DNA of 61,377 nucleotides, filler included, from Hausera hauseri (Eukaryota): NCBI GenBank assembly GCA_046269625.1. It is 11 parts of 11 records of this genome, joined end to end, with 100 filler letters (N's around TTAATTAATTAA, not from the genome) between each part and the next. Parts side by side here need not be neighbours in the genome. Positions count along the whole stretch, not along the records: positions 9,500 to 15,449 come from JBJURY010164643.1; positions 15,550 to 20,247 come from JBJURY010470689.1; positions 20,348 to 24,556 come from JBJURY010699883.1; positions 24,657 to 28,841 come from JBJURY010714103.1; 7 more parts are not named here. One strand, 5' to 3'. Shown piece by piece: positions 13,277 to 26,499 of this stretch (position 1 is its first letter; each line of letters starts with the position of its first letter). The notes under the pieces were generated by a model. It saw only the letters and a program-made list of their open reading frames with translations, ran no database searches and was not told where the DNA came from. The position numbers and the translations under genes were made by a program.

Positions 13277-14122
13277 ACCTAACTGTTTCGACCAATTGTT
13301 GGTTATTTCATCGATAGCTTTCGTCATTTTTGAAGTCATTTTATTGAGTCGGTCATTCCATTTGTTGGACCAATAATCTTGAGATCCATTCATATTTTTC
13401 ATACTCATAAAATGTTTCCACTTGTAATCCATTAAAAATCAATTGAATATTTCCCATGAAAAATTTCTCCACTTTACTTCTGTAGTCACTGGTAAATTTT
13501 CGAGATGCTAGCAGTAGGTCATTAAGAAATTCCAAAAGAACATTAATTTTAATATTACCGACAATGAGATTTTCACTGAACAACAAACTGTCACTGGTGA
13601 AAGATTCGTACAATTTGTCACAAGCCAAACTGTAACTTTTTTCATATGTATCAACAAATCTGTCAATAAAGACTTGTCTACCACTTCCAGTCATTTGTGA
13701 AATTGTTTTGATCAAATCTTGGAGAACATTTATTGCAGTTTCGTACTGTGAATATTGGATCTGAAGGTTAAAACGTTCATACATTCGAAACGGTTTAAAC
13801 AATCTCACTTTTATGACATTCCAGTCTAACATTCGTTTCACCTCTTCAAACTGCTGATCAACATAGTCAAACTTTTCATTGATCTGCTTAAATTGCTCTT
13901 TCAAAAACGCCATTTCTTTGGAATCCTTGTCTAAACTCAAATTAATGATGTTACCAACGTAACTCAGAGATTTCAGAAGTGGTAATCCCCATTTGGAAAC
14001 CGATTTGACAGTTTGGACAAAATTACTGTCTTTCATATTGTTAAAAATTTCTTTAGCCTTGCTGATATTTTCCCCTTGTTCCAAAACATATTTCCCACTC
14101 GTATCAAAGTAAATGGACAAGT
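13277..14122 (-). CDS. Host rapunzel-like (rapunzel/cephalotoxin-type coiled-coil) gene, internal exons
   Basis: DSKEMAFLKEQFKQINEKFD..DWNVIK.QYSQYE resembles rapunzel-family core; in-frame GT-AG introns at 13761-13808 (48 nt) and 13508-13558 (51 nt); acceptor at 14123, donor GTAAGT at 13271-13276; apparent frameshift near 13405. Confidence 0.6.
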
Positions 14123-16669
14123 CTGTTGAAAAGAAAAATATTAAAATAAAAATTAAAAATCACTAAATGAACAATGAACATTTATTAAAAAAATCCATAT
14201 ATGTATGCAATATTACAAAAACCAACCATTACAAAAAATAATTTTTTAAAAAAATGTACTGAAAAATATCGAATATTTAAACAATTTTTTTTAAAAATTT
14301 TTTAAGGAATAGACACTTAAATGGTATCCCCTCAGAGTAAGCCACAAAATTTTCCTAATTTCTTGATAATTATACTTTGGGATTGTAACCGTAAAATGAG
14401 TTCAATTATTTTAGCATTTTTAAATCAATATTTAGCATTGGAACTTATAAATTTTAAACCATCAATTTGTTAAATTATGCAATGCTGTTGGCCGAAACTA
14501 TTATTTCTCAATTAATCTCTAACAGTCACTAATTTAGTCTTATTAATTGCTCCCGAATGGAACATTTCTATATATTACAATAAAGAATATTAATCTTTAA
14601 CAATAATTCAAATAATTATTTAGCAGTAAAATTACTACTTTTTATAACGAATATTTTAACATAGAATCAGCAAAAGTAGTCATAAATTTTCAATTTTAAT
14701 TTGTCCGACCATTCACTACTAATATCATTAATTTTTTTAAACAAACTAGTAACGTTTAAAACCCAAAACCGAAAAATGCTCCCATACCAAATTCCTTTCA
14801 ACTTTGACTCGCAATTACTCCAACTCAGCTCGTTCCTTGTTCCATAAATTACTAAAATGTAAATATGGTTACGTAAATTTTTATAAAAATTAAAATCCCT
14901 GATTTTAATTTTTCTTTTCTGGCGGGGGAGCCTTGTAAGGTTCCACCTTACAACAAAATTTAAAATAAAATATCAAACCAAATCCGTAAAAATATTCTAA
15001 TTTCAAAAAATTAAATTAACTAAAATACTAAATAAATATTTTTCTAAAAAATTTGTAAAAAATTAATTGACAATTTACATAACACATTATAAAAATTTAA
15101 ATCATGTTCAAAAAAAATAATCACGGATTCATGTAACAAAAAATTCCTTTTTTAAAAATAATCAAGAACTGTGGATTAAAAACATTTGTTTAAATCCACA
15201 GTTTCAGGATTGACAGTTCTATTCAAAAAAAAGAAACAAGAAACAAGATGTCGAAAAATCAAAACAACAGAAGCGACAGAATGCCTTCCACAACCGGCCG
15301 ATTCGGCACAAAACAATCATGCCACACCAAGGCACCGAAACCGGGAGAACCTATCTCTGCACAAGACGAGACGGTGACATCAGGCGTCGTCGCCGTCCAG
15401 GGAAGTAGTTCGACTTTCGCTTCGAACTACCGGATCCCTAAACTATCGANNNNNNNNNNNNNNNNNNNNNNNNNNNNNNNNNNNNNNNNNNNNTTAATTA
15501 ATTAANNNNNNNNNNNNNNNNNNNNNNNNNNNNNNNNNNNNNNNNNNNNTCTGACTGCATTTATCATTACCATATTGGAAACAGTGCTACACTGAACATT
15601 TCATATCCAAATTAACATGTGATTTCCAGGGTGTTGTCATCAGGGCCGAGGAATCAGAGTGGAGGAACTGGCACAATTTCTGGGAGTAGCCTGGGATGGA
15701 GGCACCAAAATTAAGGAGTTGGGAGTCAAAATATTTTGTGTCTAACTCCAAAGCCCTGGCTGGCTTATAATAATTCCTGTTAAAAAAAAATATGTGCTGC
15801 TGAGGTTTTTTGTAAACCTCACAGTACTCATCAGATTCCCACTCCGAGATAACCACTACCAGGCAACTAGGTTTATCAATTTTCTTCTTACTTTTTCATT
15901 TAAGATTCTACAGCTACAAATCTAATAGCATGTATGCATATGACACATATATACATGTGCACATGCACACACACATATGGACATTTACTGATGGCATTTG
16001 GTGTCTCGTTAGCAGAGGCAGAAAATATCAATTGTTGACACTGACAGTCAGAACAACCCTCATTTATATTATTACTAGCCACCTTTCCATTTTCATGTTC
16101 ACTAATTTATTCAACAATGCAGTATTGAATATTATAATAACGCCTCAGCACCGACTAAACTTCTGAAGTAATTGGCGCACTACCACATTTTCTCAGCCTT
16201 ATCTTCAAAAGAAAAAAAATGTCCAGATATATTTATTTCTCACTTGTGTCCCCCTCCTATGAAAACTCATCAAACTGTGCTTGATTAGGAAAGTAGCATT
16301 ATTCTGTTAGACCTCAAGTATTTAAAAATCTCAAGTTTTATGACTTTTGCTGACTTGGGTTAGATGGCCAGCAGACTCCTCTTTTGCTGTGTTGTTGTGT
16401 TGAATTGTATTGCATAAAAAATAACTTAAAAAGCAACAACAATATATATTATATTTCAAAGTTTGTTTTGCAAAATTATTGTTAGATCTGAATACAGTAA
16501 ATGGTTGTGTTCTCAGAGTATGTCTATGCTCAGTTGTTTGCCTATAATTAACATTAAAATAATACAATGTACAAGAGATAATCATTGCCAATATTTGTCA
16601 CAATATCCAGACCAGATTGAATTGCCTGTATCTGATCTGACCTGATCTGACACCACCGAACGTGCTTTA

Positions 16670-19600
16670 TTTCAACATCCAATGTCCATACGCCCCTCTT
16701 TCGCTTATCATCGTTACATGACAAAGTGCCTTTCGCACTAGTCATGGTATACAGCTGGCGCTCAATTGATCTGATGACCGTGTGAGACACAACAGCCACT
16801 GATTGTCCTTCTGCTGCTGCTTAATATATAAAGCGATAATTACCGTGGTCGATTTCCGTCTGTCTCAGCTGGACTCATTTTGCCCGCATTTTCGGTCCGC
16901 ATTCCGTCAGAAGACTGTAGCACTTTTGGCGTAGGAATATCCATTCCCGATACGGGACACGATCTTCACTGTCATCCTTGAAGCAGCCGATTTTGTTCGT
17001 GAGCGCGATTCTGTACAATGGATGATTCTGTGGATAGTTGGACGTGTCCAGTAATCCATCTGACTGCATTTTCTGCAGTACCTGTTCGAGATTGACTTTT
17101 GTCAGCTGCAGGAAAAACTGTGTCGCGGGCAATTATACTAATGTCACAGCCATCAAACATTTGCCGGTAACGTGCCAAATCGCGATACTGCAGCTCATAC
17201 ATCCGCAACTTGCTCACGTCTAATACCACTTGTCCTATATAACTTGGCCGGTCCAGAACGACTTCTTCCCTGTTTAAAAGCATGGCAACCAATCTATAGG
17301 CAATGTGCATTGACTTTCGCAAATGCGCCTTACTAGTGTATGCGACCAACTGCTTTTTGCTATTGCATAGGTGTACATTGATCCGCTTTTTCAGATTCGC
17401 CACTGCTTTTCCGTACAGGGAATTGTTTTTCAGCTTGTAGTAATCTTTTTCGAACTTTGTACAAGGTGCGGCTCGTTTCTCCCAAATTCCATCTATGTAC
17501 GCCTTGAATATTGGAGCCTGAGCAAATCGGATTGCACGATGCAGCTGTGTGACGCGTACCCCGATCTGCATGTAGAACTGTAGCAGACGCCAATGGACCA
17601 CGTAATTCAGCTTCTGTTCATGCGTCATGAGCAGTTTCTTCACTTTTAAGCCTGGCTGACATTGGTTAAATGGTGCTAGCTCATCTGGTACCAAGAGATC
17701 GACCTCCATCAGGTATCCGACTGAATCTGCCATGTCTTCTCGTGGTAGGTTGACCACTATGTCGTCCAGATCTTGTCTGTCGACAACCCATTCGAATGAA
17801 CCCTACGGCAAGGGTTGCGAAAGCTCCCAGCTGTACAGGTTATTAATATCAATATACAACAGTGATGTGGTATCGGTAGCACTGACCTGATGCTTGTTGA
17901 CAAATATCATGCCTCCGCAAATACCAACATCAAACAGCCCGTACATTTCCGGATCTTGCAGCAGCTCAATGTCTCAATCCAGTGACATTAGAGCTGACGA
18001 CCAACTCATTCCCGGTATGGAATAAAAGTTGACTGGCTCTAGCCCATCTTCAGCCAGCGCTTTGGTCCCAAATGCTTGAAACATATTGGCTAATAAGTAC
18101 GCGTCCAGTTTAAGATACTGGAGCATGTAATCCAATATGTTTCTACAGCCGAGTTCCGGTATTCATCCTCTGCGATACCTGTCCATCGCGGCAATAATTC
18201 CTCTGCTATCCGGAGTCGCTCATATGATGTTGCAAAGTCATATGGAAATATGCCTTTGCTGCGTCAATATGTGCGGGGAACTGTGTCAGTGCTATCGGCA
18301 CGTCTGGCAAGGCATTTACAAGCTTTGCCAATGATTCATTGAGAAATTGCAACGAATCAAGGAAGCGTACCTGGAATCAGTTTACGCGTGCCGACAGCGA
18401 TAGGTATTTCTCCATTGTCGTTAGGATTATGGACAGTTCCCAATGCGGAAAGCCGTTAATGGCCCATTTGAGAATAGGGTAACAGTCATAACCTCAGAAA
18501 TTATGAAAGATCACCGGCAGGAATGGTCGTATTCGCCTTGCTAAATTGCATGAATTGCATGCTACTCCCAAGTATCCATCGGTGAAACGGCCGTGATCCG
18601 GTATGAGCCGTTCCTGTGCATCAAATAATAATATTTTGTGGCACAGGTAACATTCATCTGTGACTGCAAACGTCAGGCGTTTATCTTCATCTGTCCACAT
18701 CAAGGGTTTATTGCTATTTCTACTGTACCATTGTGCGATTTCCGTTTCCACTATGGTTTGCAACTGCTGCAAGAGATCGCGAACACAATTCCATCCGTGG
18801 AAAACATAATATTGAGGACAACCAATATACCGACGGCAATTGGAACATGCTTTTAGTCATATATGCTGTGCCGTGGTAAGATAGCTTCGATATCGGCATA
18901 TACTACATATGCCGCACTGTCTGTTTTTGACCAGGCAGTGAACCTGAGTTCCTGTTTGACGGACATGACATACATTGTGGTCATATGTTTCTCCCATGTT
19001 GTTTCCCACCTGAATCCATGAAGACATACAGGACACCATTTACACTGTATCCGTTTTTGGAGGAATTTACTGAGCGGCGATTTGGATTACGACTACGATA
19101 GATTATATTCACATGAGGGTTTTTGTAAAATACTTCACCCGCCGGTATTTCTATGATTGTGTTGTACCTAAGCACATTGATTACCAGTGTCGGATTACGC
19201 CGTTCCAAAGCCGGAAAGGATTTCAGTTTCATCGGCATCCAACTTTCATCGATGCACTGTCTGTCCACTTCGTCATATTTCAATACCACCAGAATACTGT
19301 AAAGAAAACAGTATTCATCGTTAGTATTTTTTACATTCGTTACCGCCAGAGACTGCATCAGAGCTGCAGGTGTCGGTATGAACCATCATCCAGACAAATA
19401 TATTATGTCACTCAACTTTATTATGATAAAGCCGAGGGTGACCATTCGTATAATTCGCCATCCACTAACATTTTCCGTGTAGTTGGCGATTTTCCCCTCG
19501 AGCTTTTCGCCTACGTCGGCAATAAAATCATTGGCATATGGTACACCTCGATGTGACAGGTACCAATGTTTCCTGTCACCTTCAACGTTTTCAAATTGTG

Positions 19601-20247
19601 CAAGCGCATAATATTCCACTTTGCAGTGGTGATGGTGTTGGAATTTCTCCACTTCTGATTCCAAGCAATTGCGCACATTTTGCGGAATATGTCTCAATTG
19701 CGTTGTTGTTGTTGTTGTTGTTTTCGTCGACATGTTCGATTTTATGTCCACGTACGATCTGTTCATATCGTACTTGACTGCAATATTGGGCAGATTAGCA
19801 TCCTGTTGCTCCTGTTCTTTTTCTTGTTCTTGTTGATGCTGTTGCTCGGTACTTTTTCTGAATAAGTCGTCAAGACTTGTTGAGGCCTGACGTTTTTTAC
19901 TGGTTGTTGAGGGGATACTGCTGCTGCTGGCTGAGTTCATAACTAGTTGTTTTTTCGACCGCTTAAACTGGTTTAAGTGGCCTTTGTGTAGATTATAAAA
20001 TTGTTCATAGTTGATTTCATCAACTGTAGAACAACCGGGACAAACGTATGCCCGTTTACCGTGCACCGTTGTGGCGCCATAGTACTGCTCCATTACACTA
20101 TGGCAACCATCAACGTCATGCACTCTACTACTACAGTATCGCGGGTGTGGGGCCATGCACAACCATCATATTTGCACGCGTAAACGGGCCAAGATGATGC
20201 TTGTGCATCGCATAAAAGTCGGGGTATGGACAAGGGGCCGAAATACT
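16670..20247 (-). pseudogene. Polinton/adintovirus protein-primed PolB, family B copy 1 (nearly full length, disrupted)
   Basis: SGWRI, NTNDEYCFLYSI, DHGRFTDGYLGVACNSCNL, PVIFHN, YLKLDAYLLANMFQAF, motif A YIDINNLYS..SQPLP, motif B YKLKNNSLYGK, degenerate motif C IIARDT, KCYS, IRS...LYT....LSCNDDKR. Confidence 0.92.
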
Positions 20248-20347
20248 NNNNNNNNNNNNNNNNNNNNNNNNNNNNNNNNNNNNNNNNNNNNTTAATTAAT
20301 TAANNNNNNNNNNNNNNNNNNNNNNNNNNNNNNNNNNNNNNNNNNNN

Positions 20348-21366
20348 TTCCGCTAGTGAATACGTTGTAGATTGGAACAATCCTTTGGATTTATCTGCTG
20401 GACAATGGGAGGTTGCACTGACGGCATTTAACTTTCCCTACGCACCGGTGACATTGAAAGGTAGTATAAAAATAACGTACAACAAGACTGTTACTGAAAC
20501 AAAAACACATTCTTGTCCTCTGACACTATCAATAAAATATCGGTTGGAGAATCGACCATTTGAACAACCGAAACAGGTTCCGGTTCACGCGGCAAAATCG
20601 GTATTTATATTTTAGGGGAAAACTTAGTTTTTATAGCAAATTTTGAATTTACCGTTACCTTTCTGTCTTCTGAGATGACGCAGAAATTTGGATTCAACAA
20701 TACAGAATACAGAGGCAATCATATTAAAAATGAAAATATAGTTGCTCCAAGATTAAATCCCGTATATTACCAGACAGCGGTGAAATTTACCTATACAACA
20801 GGAAGGGTGTCAATGTCATACGTATCGATTGGAGACAATGTCTATTGTGAATCTGTAGCACAGCTTTGTCAACACTTTGCTTCTAATAAAAAGTACAAGG
20901 CGATATTCAAAGTTTTCGAGTCAGATACAAATGGGTACGTTAAATTTGAACTGGAAAAGGATATTGTCGACATTTCCTTGGACAAAGCTTTGGCCATGGT
21001 ATTGGGTTTTAAAAAACAGCGGTTTCAGACATCATATACGAAGACAGGGCGGAGGTGTCGTTCGTTGCAACACTCAAACCCAAAATGAAAACGGGACTAA
21101 ATAAAATGTACATTTACGTGAACGTCACCGAACCGATTTTGGTCGGTGGAGTACGTGTACCGCTACTTCGAGCAATTTATCCGGAAAACAGCAAGTATAC
21201 TACCGGCGGCAATGTTACTGTCAAGCTCGATTATCCAATGTACCTACCCGTGGTATCTACATCTATAAAAAATGTTGAAGTAAATATCCGATGTGACACG
21301 GGCTATCTTATTGAATTTCCGTACCGTACTACAACCAGTCTAACTCTTCATTTCCGTCGAATCTAA
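20348..21366 (+). pseudogene. Polinton/adintovirus minor capsid protein (penton)
   Basis: N-terminal NPLDLSAGQWEVALTAFNFP and C-terminal MYIYVNVTEPILVGGVRVPLLRAI...PMYLPV..IEFP....LTLHFRRI; frameshifts. Confidence 0.85.
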
Positions 21367-21367
21367 C

Positions 21368-21736
21368 ATTATTGATTCTGAAATCGTTTCCATTTACAGT
21401 AAACCAAAGCATGGCGGAGAACTGCCGTATTTCGTTGGTAAACAGTACGACTCTGGATGATTGCGTACATTGTCAAGTTTAGCATTTCCGCTGTTGAAGC
21501 GTATCGGTGCTGTGGCAGCAAAAACAGTACAGATCGTACTATATGAAAACAAATCGATTTTACCATCACTGAAGAAACACGCCTTGTCAGAAATAAAAAG
21601 CGCTGCACCGAGAATTATTGAATAATTCAAAAAACAATTCACTGGCAGTGGTTTGATGATGAGAAAACGAAAACGTGGAGCATCATCGAGCTCATCAGCT
21701 ATAAACAAACGTCGTCGCCGTACGATTTTCGACTGA
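21368..21736 (+). pseudogene. Small basic virion core / membrane-active protein (adenovirus pVI/pX-like position)
   Basis: Own translation: KHGGELPYFVGKQYDSG*LRTLSSLAFPLLKRIG...FTGSGLMMRKRKR...KRRRRTIFD; lies between penton and major capsid. Confidence 0.65.
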
Positions 21737-21739
21737 CTG

Positions 21740-22289
21740 ATGGCATCTGCAAAGTCTGAATTGTGTATATTTGACAAAGCGACTCTACAAGTTGTTATTA
21801 ACAATGCCGCATATGAGGAAATCTACCTCATTGATTCGGTTTTAACGGACGATAACACTGATATTTAATTCAACATTATGGCATCGGACAATGAATACCT
21901 GGATTTGAACGATACGCTACTCTATGTAAAAGTCATTGTTAAAAAGGACGTTTCAACGGTTCTCGCTGCAACAAACACTGTCACACCGGCCAATTACTTT
22001 TTCCTTACACTGTTCCAAGAGGCTTCACTGACTCTGAACAGCGTCAAAATCGAAGGCAACACCAGTCTATGTAGTATCAAAACACTCATTGGAACGGCTC
22101 TGAATTACAGCACAGACAGGAAAACGACTCATTTGATGAAAACAATCGGATACGATACCACAACGGCAAACCGTCAGGCATGGGTGGCAGAATAAAAACC
22201 GCTTACATTGTGTGGACCGCTGTACTTTGACTTTTTCGATCAGCCGAAATACCTACTACCAGGTGTTAAAGCCATGATTCGGCTCAAAC
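21740..22289 (+). pseudogene. Polinton major capsid protein (double jelly-roll), 5' part, interrupted by LTR
   Basis: MASAKSELCIFD..Q, EYLDLNDTLLYVK, GPLYFDFFDQPKYLLPGV; homology to 39178-40083 stops at 22289. Confidence 0.9.
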
Positions 22290-23070
22290 TGTTAGGATCA
22301 GGGCTATACATATGCAACACTTACATACAACCTTTCCATTATCCCAACATAAAAATAACATGCTCATATCATTCCTTCTTTAGGTGTATTGGGTTCCTGG
22401 ATTGTCGTTTATTAAGGTAATCCTTAATTGTCATCTTAATCATTACTGTTCTCTTTGAGTAAAGGTTGCGATCTTCTCCTAGGATAATTTACATAATAGG
22501 TTTATGAAGCGATAATGATAATGCGGAAAGCCAAGATCCAGTAATTAAATGGTCAGCTAACGATTCTCATACATTATCCTTCATCATCTCGAACAGTAAA
22601 TTTAGGCTGTTGGTGCCTAATAAAATTGATGGCATTAAATAAAATTTATAACAGGCTTTTTTCTTACTCCATCTTTTTGTTATTAGACTCAATTTCCTGC
22701 TAGCAATACCACTCTATTATTTTATATGATCATTAGCAATAATCGTTTATCTTCTTTAACTAGACTAGATCAACATTCTTTAATACCTAGAGTACGGTTA
22801 AATATTATTTCGACGTTACTAGTAAGAAGAAAAAGATAAATCAGATTCATAATATTATACTGATTGACACAAGAGTAGTTCAGGTTCACCATTGCCCAAT
22901 ATTCAATTTATGTTAATTGTTCGTACAGAAATTGTTCGTATAGAAGAAAATTAGTTGTAATCTATATAATTTACTAACATTTATTATTAATATACGGTTT
23001 GGAAATTAATATAAATTGGCTGTAATCAACATATAATAAACGCTGTCTGACACAAGGATATTCAGTAACA
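22290..23070 (+). repeat. Probable 5' LTR (781 bp) inserted in the capsid gene
   Basis: Begins TGTTA exactly where capsid homology ends, ends TAACA (inverted), AATAAA at ~23035, followed by a-TGGGGGGA PBS-like sequence. Confidence 0.55.
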
Positions 23071-24656
23071 ATGGGGGGATTCTATTCATTGGTGCCGATC
23101 GAACTAACCAGATTCTTCGTCTTCCTTGTATTCTCGAGTCTCCTGGTTGCCTGCGACAAGGATCACATCTGCAGATTTTGCACACCTTTGTCTCTTAGCA
23201 ATCGTATCGTTGATCACGGCATCGCGTTCGCTCATGTCATATTCAGAACAATGATGGGGTGTCTTCAATCCAATATCAGAAAGATAAAAATGGTCGATTC
23301 TTCCGTTTACTGGCATTATGCTTTACATGGAGCGTATTTCATCACCCACCCATATACTCCCTTAAATCATACGAGCATTGTGATCCCAATTACTTGGATT
23401 ACGGCACTTCTCGTTAATTTCAATGAAGAAAATATATTTTTTAAAACAAAATTTTGTACAAAATTTTTATAGCGACTAATTAATAAAAATGTAAAATAAT
23501 TAAACATTTACCATGTGAGCCTCGTTGAGTTCCGATCTCGTTCGTATGCCTTTCTGCCATTTTTAGACCGTTAATTAACTAGCAATATAAATCAACAAAA
23601 TATGTTGGAATGAGGAAATTCTTAATTTCGAATTCTTCTGTGTAATTAGTATTAATGAACAATTATTTTCTTCCTTTCGGCGACCTTCAATTTGTAATAC
23701 GATTCAGTAATCTATCGTCATAAAACATCTCGTAATGTTTATACACAAACCAAGTATCTAACCTGTTAAAGGTTTCTCGAGGCGATGATCAATTAAGGAA
23801 CAATTTTACTTCTTATAAATTTTTTGGAAACCAGGGGCATTGCTAGGACTTTAAGCCACCCACTGACGGCCCTGTACACAACACTAGGACTGATGCCCCA
23901 CAATCAGCAAAGAGCTATGTCCAATTCCGCATGGTGGCACCCGGTGCAACAGAAGACAAATATTCCGGTCAAGGGGCGGAGGACGCTTTGGTCCCTAGCA
24001 GAGTAGTGGATCGCGTCTATGAGGCAAAGCATTGGAATACCGATTTGCAGCATTTGTATCAATCACGAGTATGGCAAGAAAGCTTTGCTGCCAATCTACA
24101 AAAAGACTTTTCAAGATTAAAATAGTCTTTTCAGGGCTTATCCGACGAGATAATCGCACCGTGATGAGGAGACCAGAACACGAACAACAGTAAGTATCAT
24201 TTGTTTGTTTCTCTTTGTGCGGTCAGCTCCTTTTTTATACCGTTTCTCAATTTTTTTTTTTTAAATACGGACAGGGATAATCTCGTATCACATCGGGATA
24301 TATTCCACTCCCATTAAAGTATACCTGGACTATTAGTGCATCAGTTTAGGCCTTTTTAGGATGTATTAACCAAGCGTGATCTAGTAGGAAAAAATAAATT
24401 TCTAAGCAATAAAGGACAGGAGACTCTCTACGCTGGAGCTTTAAGAGCCCTGTCTGTTTCTGATGGCGAGGAACGAGCCCAAGCAACTTTGTAGAGAAAG
24501 GGGCGCCTTGACGGACATACCTTTACCATGCCAGCCCTTACTTTCTAGCAAGTCTTNNNNNNNNNNNNNNNNNNNNNNNNNNNNNNNNNNNNNNNNNNNN
24601 TTAATTAATTAANNNNNNNNNNNNNNNNNNNNNNNNNNNNNNNNNNNNNNNNNNNN

Positions 24657-25612
24657 CCGAAATAGGAAATTTATACTGGCCCTGTGTGCTCCAATCCCCC
24701 TACTTTCCAAGGAGAATTCCTTTACTAGTCTACAAAAGATCAACCAAAAAGAGCTCACAAGAAATTATATCTCACATGTCCCTGTTTATTAAACATTAAT
24801 GTTAACAACGTACCACGGACAGATAGCTTTTCTAAACCGCCTGATGTAGACGAGGATACTGATTATGATACGACAGTACCAATACGAATGATGTACTCAA
24901 CGGATAATGCAGTGGAAGAGAACTTATATCTAATTTCAAATACAGTACAAAAGCAAAAATTAACCTACAAAGGCGACAAGAATTTCGAACATCTAGCCAA
25001 CAAGGGCTAATATTAATATTAAAGGGTGAAGAGAAATATTTAAAATGTACAATATGCTTAAAGGAAACTTATTTACTGGAAAATATTGACCAGCGATGTC
25101 TAAGCATACTGCATACTATTAAATGTGATTATTCAATATGTGAAGCCCTCGAGAGTCACACTAATAGATGATGTCGAATACAATTCGATATGGGAAATCT
25201 TTATACAAATTACCAACACAGTCCAGTGGCCGTGTCAATACTAACCCGACACCCTACAAAACGCGAAAACATACTACAATATATTAAATATCGAACAGAG
25301 ACTTAACCAGACTGGTCTCTAAGTGTGTTCGAACTGCTTCTGAATCTGAAATTTATTCCCTCAGAGGAAGAAAAAGAACCAGAACAAAATATTCTTAATG
25401 AACTTTACTTACGCAATTTGTAGTGTACAATTTGCCACGCAAACTCAGTGCAAGTTATCCTTTTGCCTTGAAGTCATTTGAAAACATGTGAGAAATGCTC
25501 AAATCGAACAGTGAATTGACCAGTTTGCAGACGTCACATAGAAAGAAGGATAACATGCTTCCAATTCCCAGAAATAAACAGCGAGAATATCCCTACTTCA
25601 AATGAACACTAA
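24657..25612 (+). pseudogene. Intronless IAP-like gene (BIR, BIR-like, RING), disrupted
   Basis: YTGP...LY*STKDQPKRAHKKLYLTCP.LLNINVNNVP (BIR C-terminal H-x6-CP); QKQKLTY...EHLANKG...LKCTIC...H...C; RING CTICHANSVQVILLP*SHLKTCEKC....*PVCRRHI at 25424-25560. Confidence 0.75.
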
Positions 25613-25712
25613 CTGATAGATTAGTGTGGATTTGATTTGAATAAATAAATATTCATATGTATATGTATATGATTCTCTTAGATAACTATTTATTGTAATA
25701 AATTGAACAAAT

Positions 25713-26248
25713 TTGTTTACAGAATTATTGGATGCCAATAGTATGACTCTGACTAACCTCGATAAGAGGATAATCCAGTTATTAACTATAAAGAAGCAAC
25801 CTCCTAAAATAGTTTACGGATGGTACAGACTATATAACAACCCTCTACTTATTAGGGTAATGGAACTAGGGTACTTCAAATACTTGACGATGGTTGCTAT
25901 AAAAACCATGAGAAAACCGAATATGAAGCATTACTAACAGTGATTACCAACATATATGAAATACAGTTGATGCATGATGACTGTTACCATAGAGTCCAAT
26001 GTTTGACTTCGAGATTAAAAGAAAAAGCAGAAGAAGTAGAAGAAAGATGTACAGATATTAGTCTTACAATTTGGACCTGCTTGATTTGCAGGAAAAGCCA
26101 GTCAAATACGATTCACCTAACATGCGGACACATTATTCATTGTAAAGGTTGTGTAGCTAAACATCCTATGTTATTGAAATGTACTCTATGTAAGTTACCC
26201 ATAGAAGATACTTGTATCATATACATAATAAAATGGATAGTAACTTAG
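25713..26248 (+). pseudogene. Second IAP-type gene: UBA-like segment + C-terminal RING
   Basis: NPLLIRVMELGY (cIAP UBA-like), then CLICRKSQSNTIHLTCGHIIHCKGCV....KCTLCKLPIEDTCIIY; frameshift between the parts. Confidence 0.7.
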
Positions 26249-26499
26249 TCTGTTTTAATAAAAATAGCGCAGGGACATCAATACAATACTCGATCCCGAG
26301 AGCGATTAACACAAAATCAATTGACTGTAATTGATGAAGTATATTCAAACAAATAAAACACTAGTCCCACTAATAGCTCAGATGCTCTAAGTACAGCATC
26401 AGCCCCAGAATCATTACTCGACATCGATCCAATACAATTATCTCCCGTTCTAATACAACATCATTGGACACGAGGGGTCAATGGATGACAAAGACCATC

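Noticed and set aside
15248-15449. Start of an ORF running into the spacer
   Set aside because: Too short and motif-free to assign
15800-15840. Hammerhead ribozyme (minus-strand CTGATGAG)
   Set aside because: No GAAA after a closing stem II
15587-15856. Possible DNA transposase remnant
   Set aside because: No convincing catalytic or dimerisation motif
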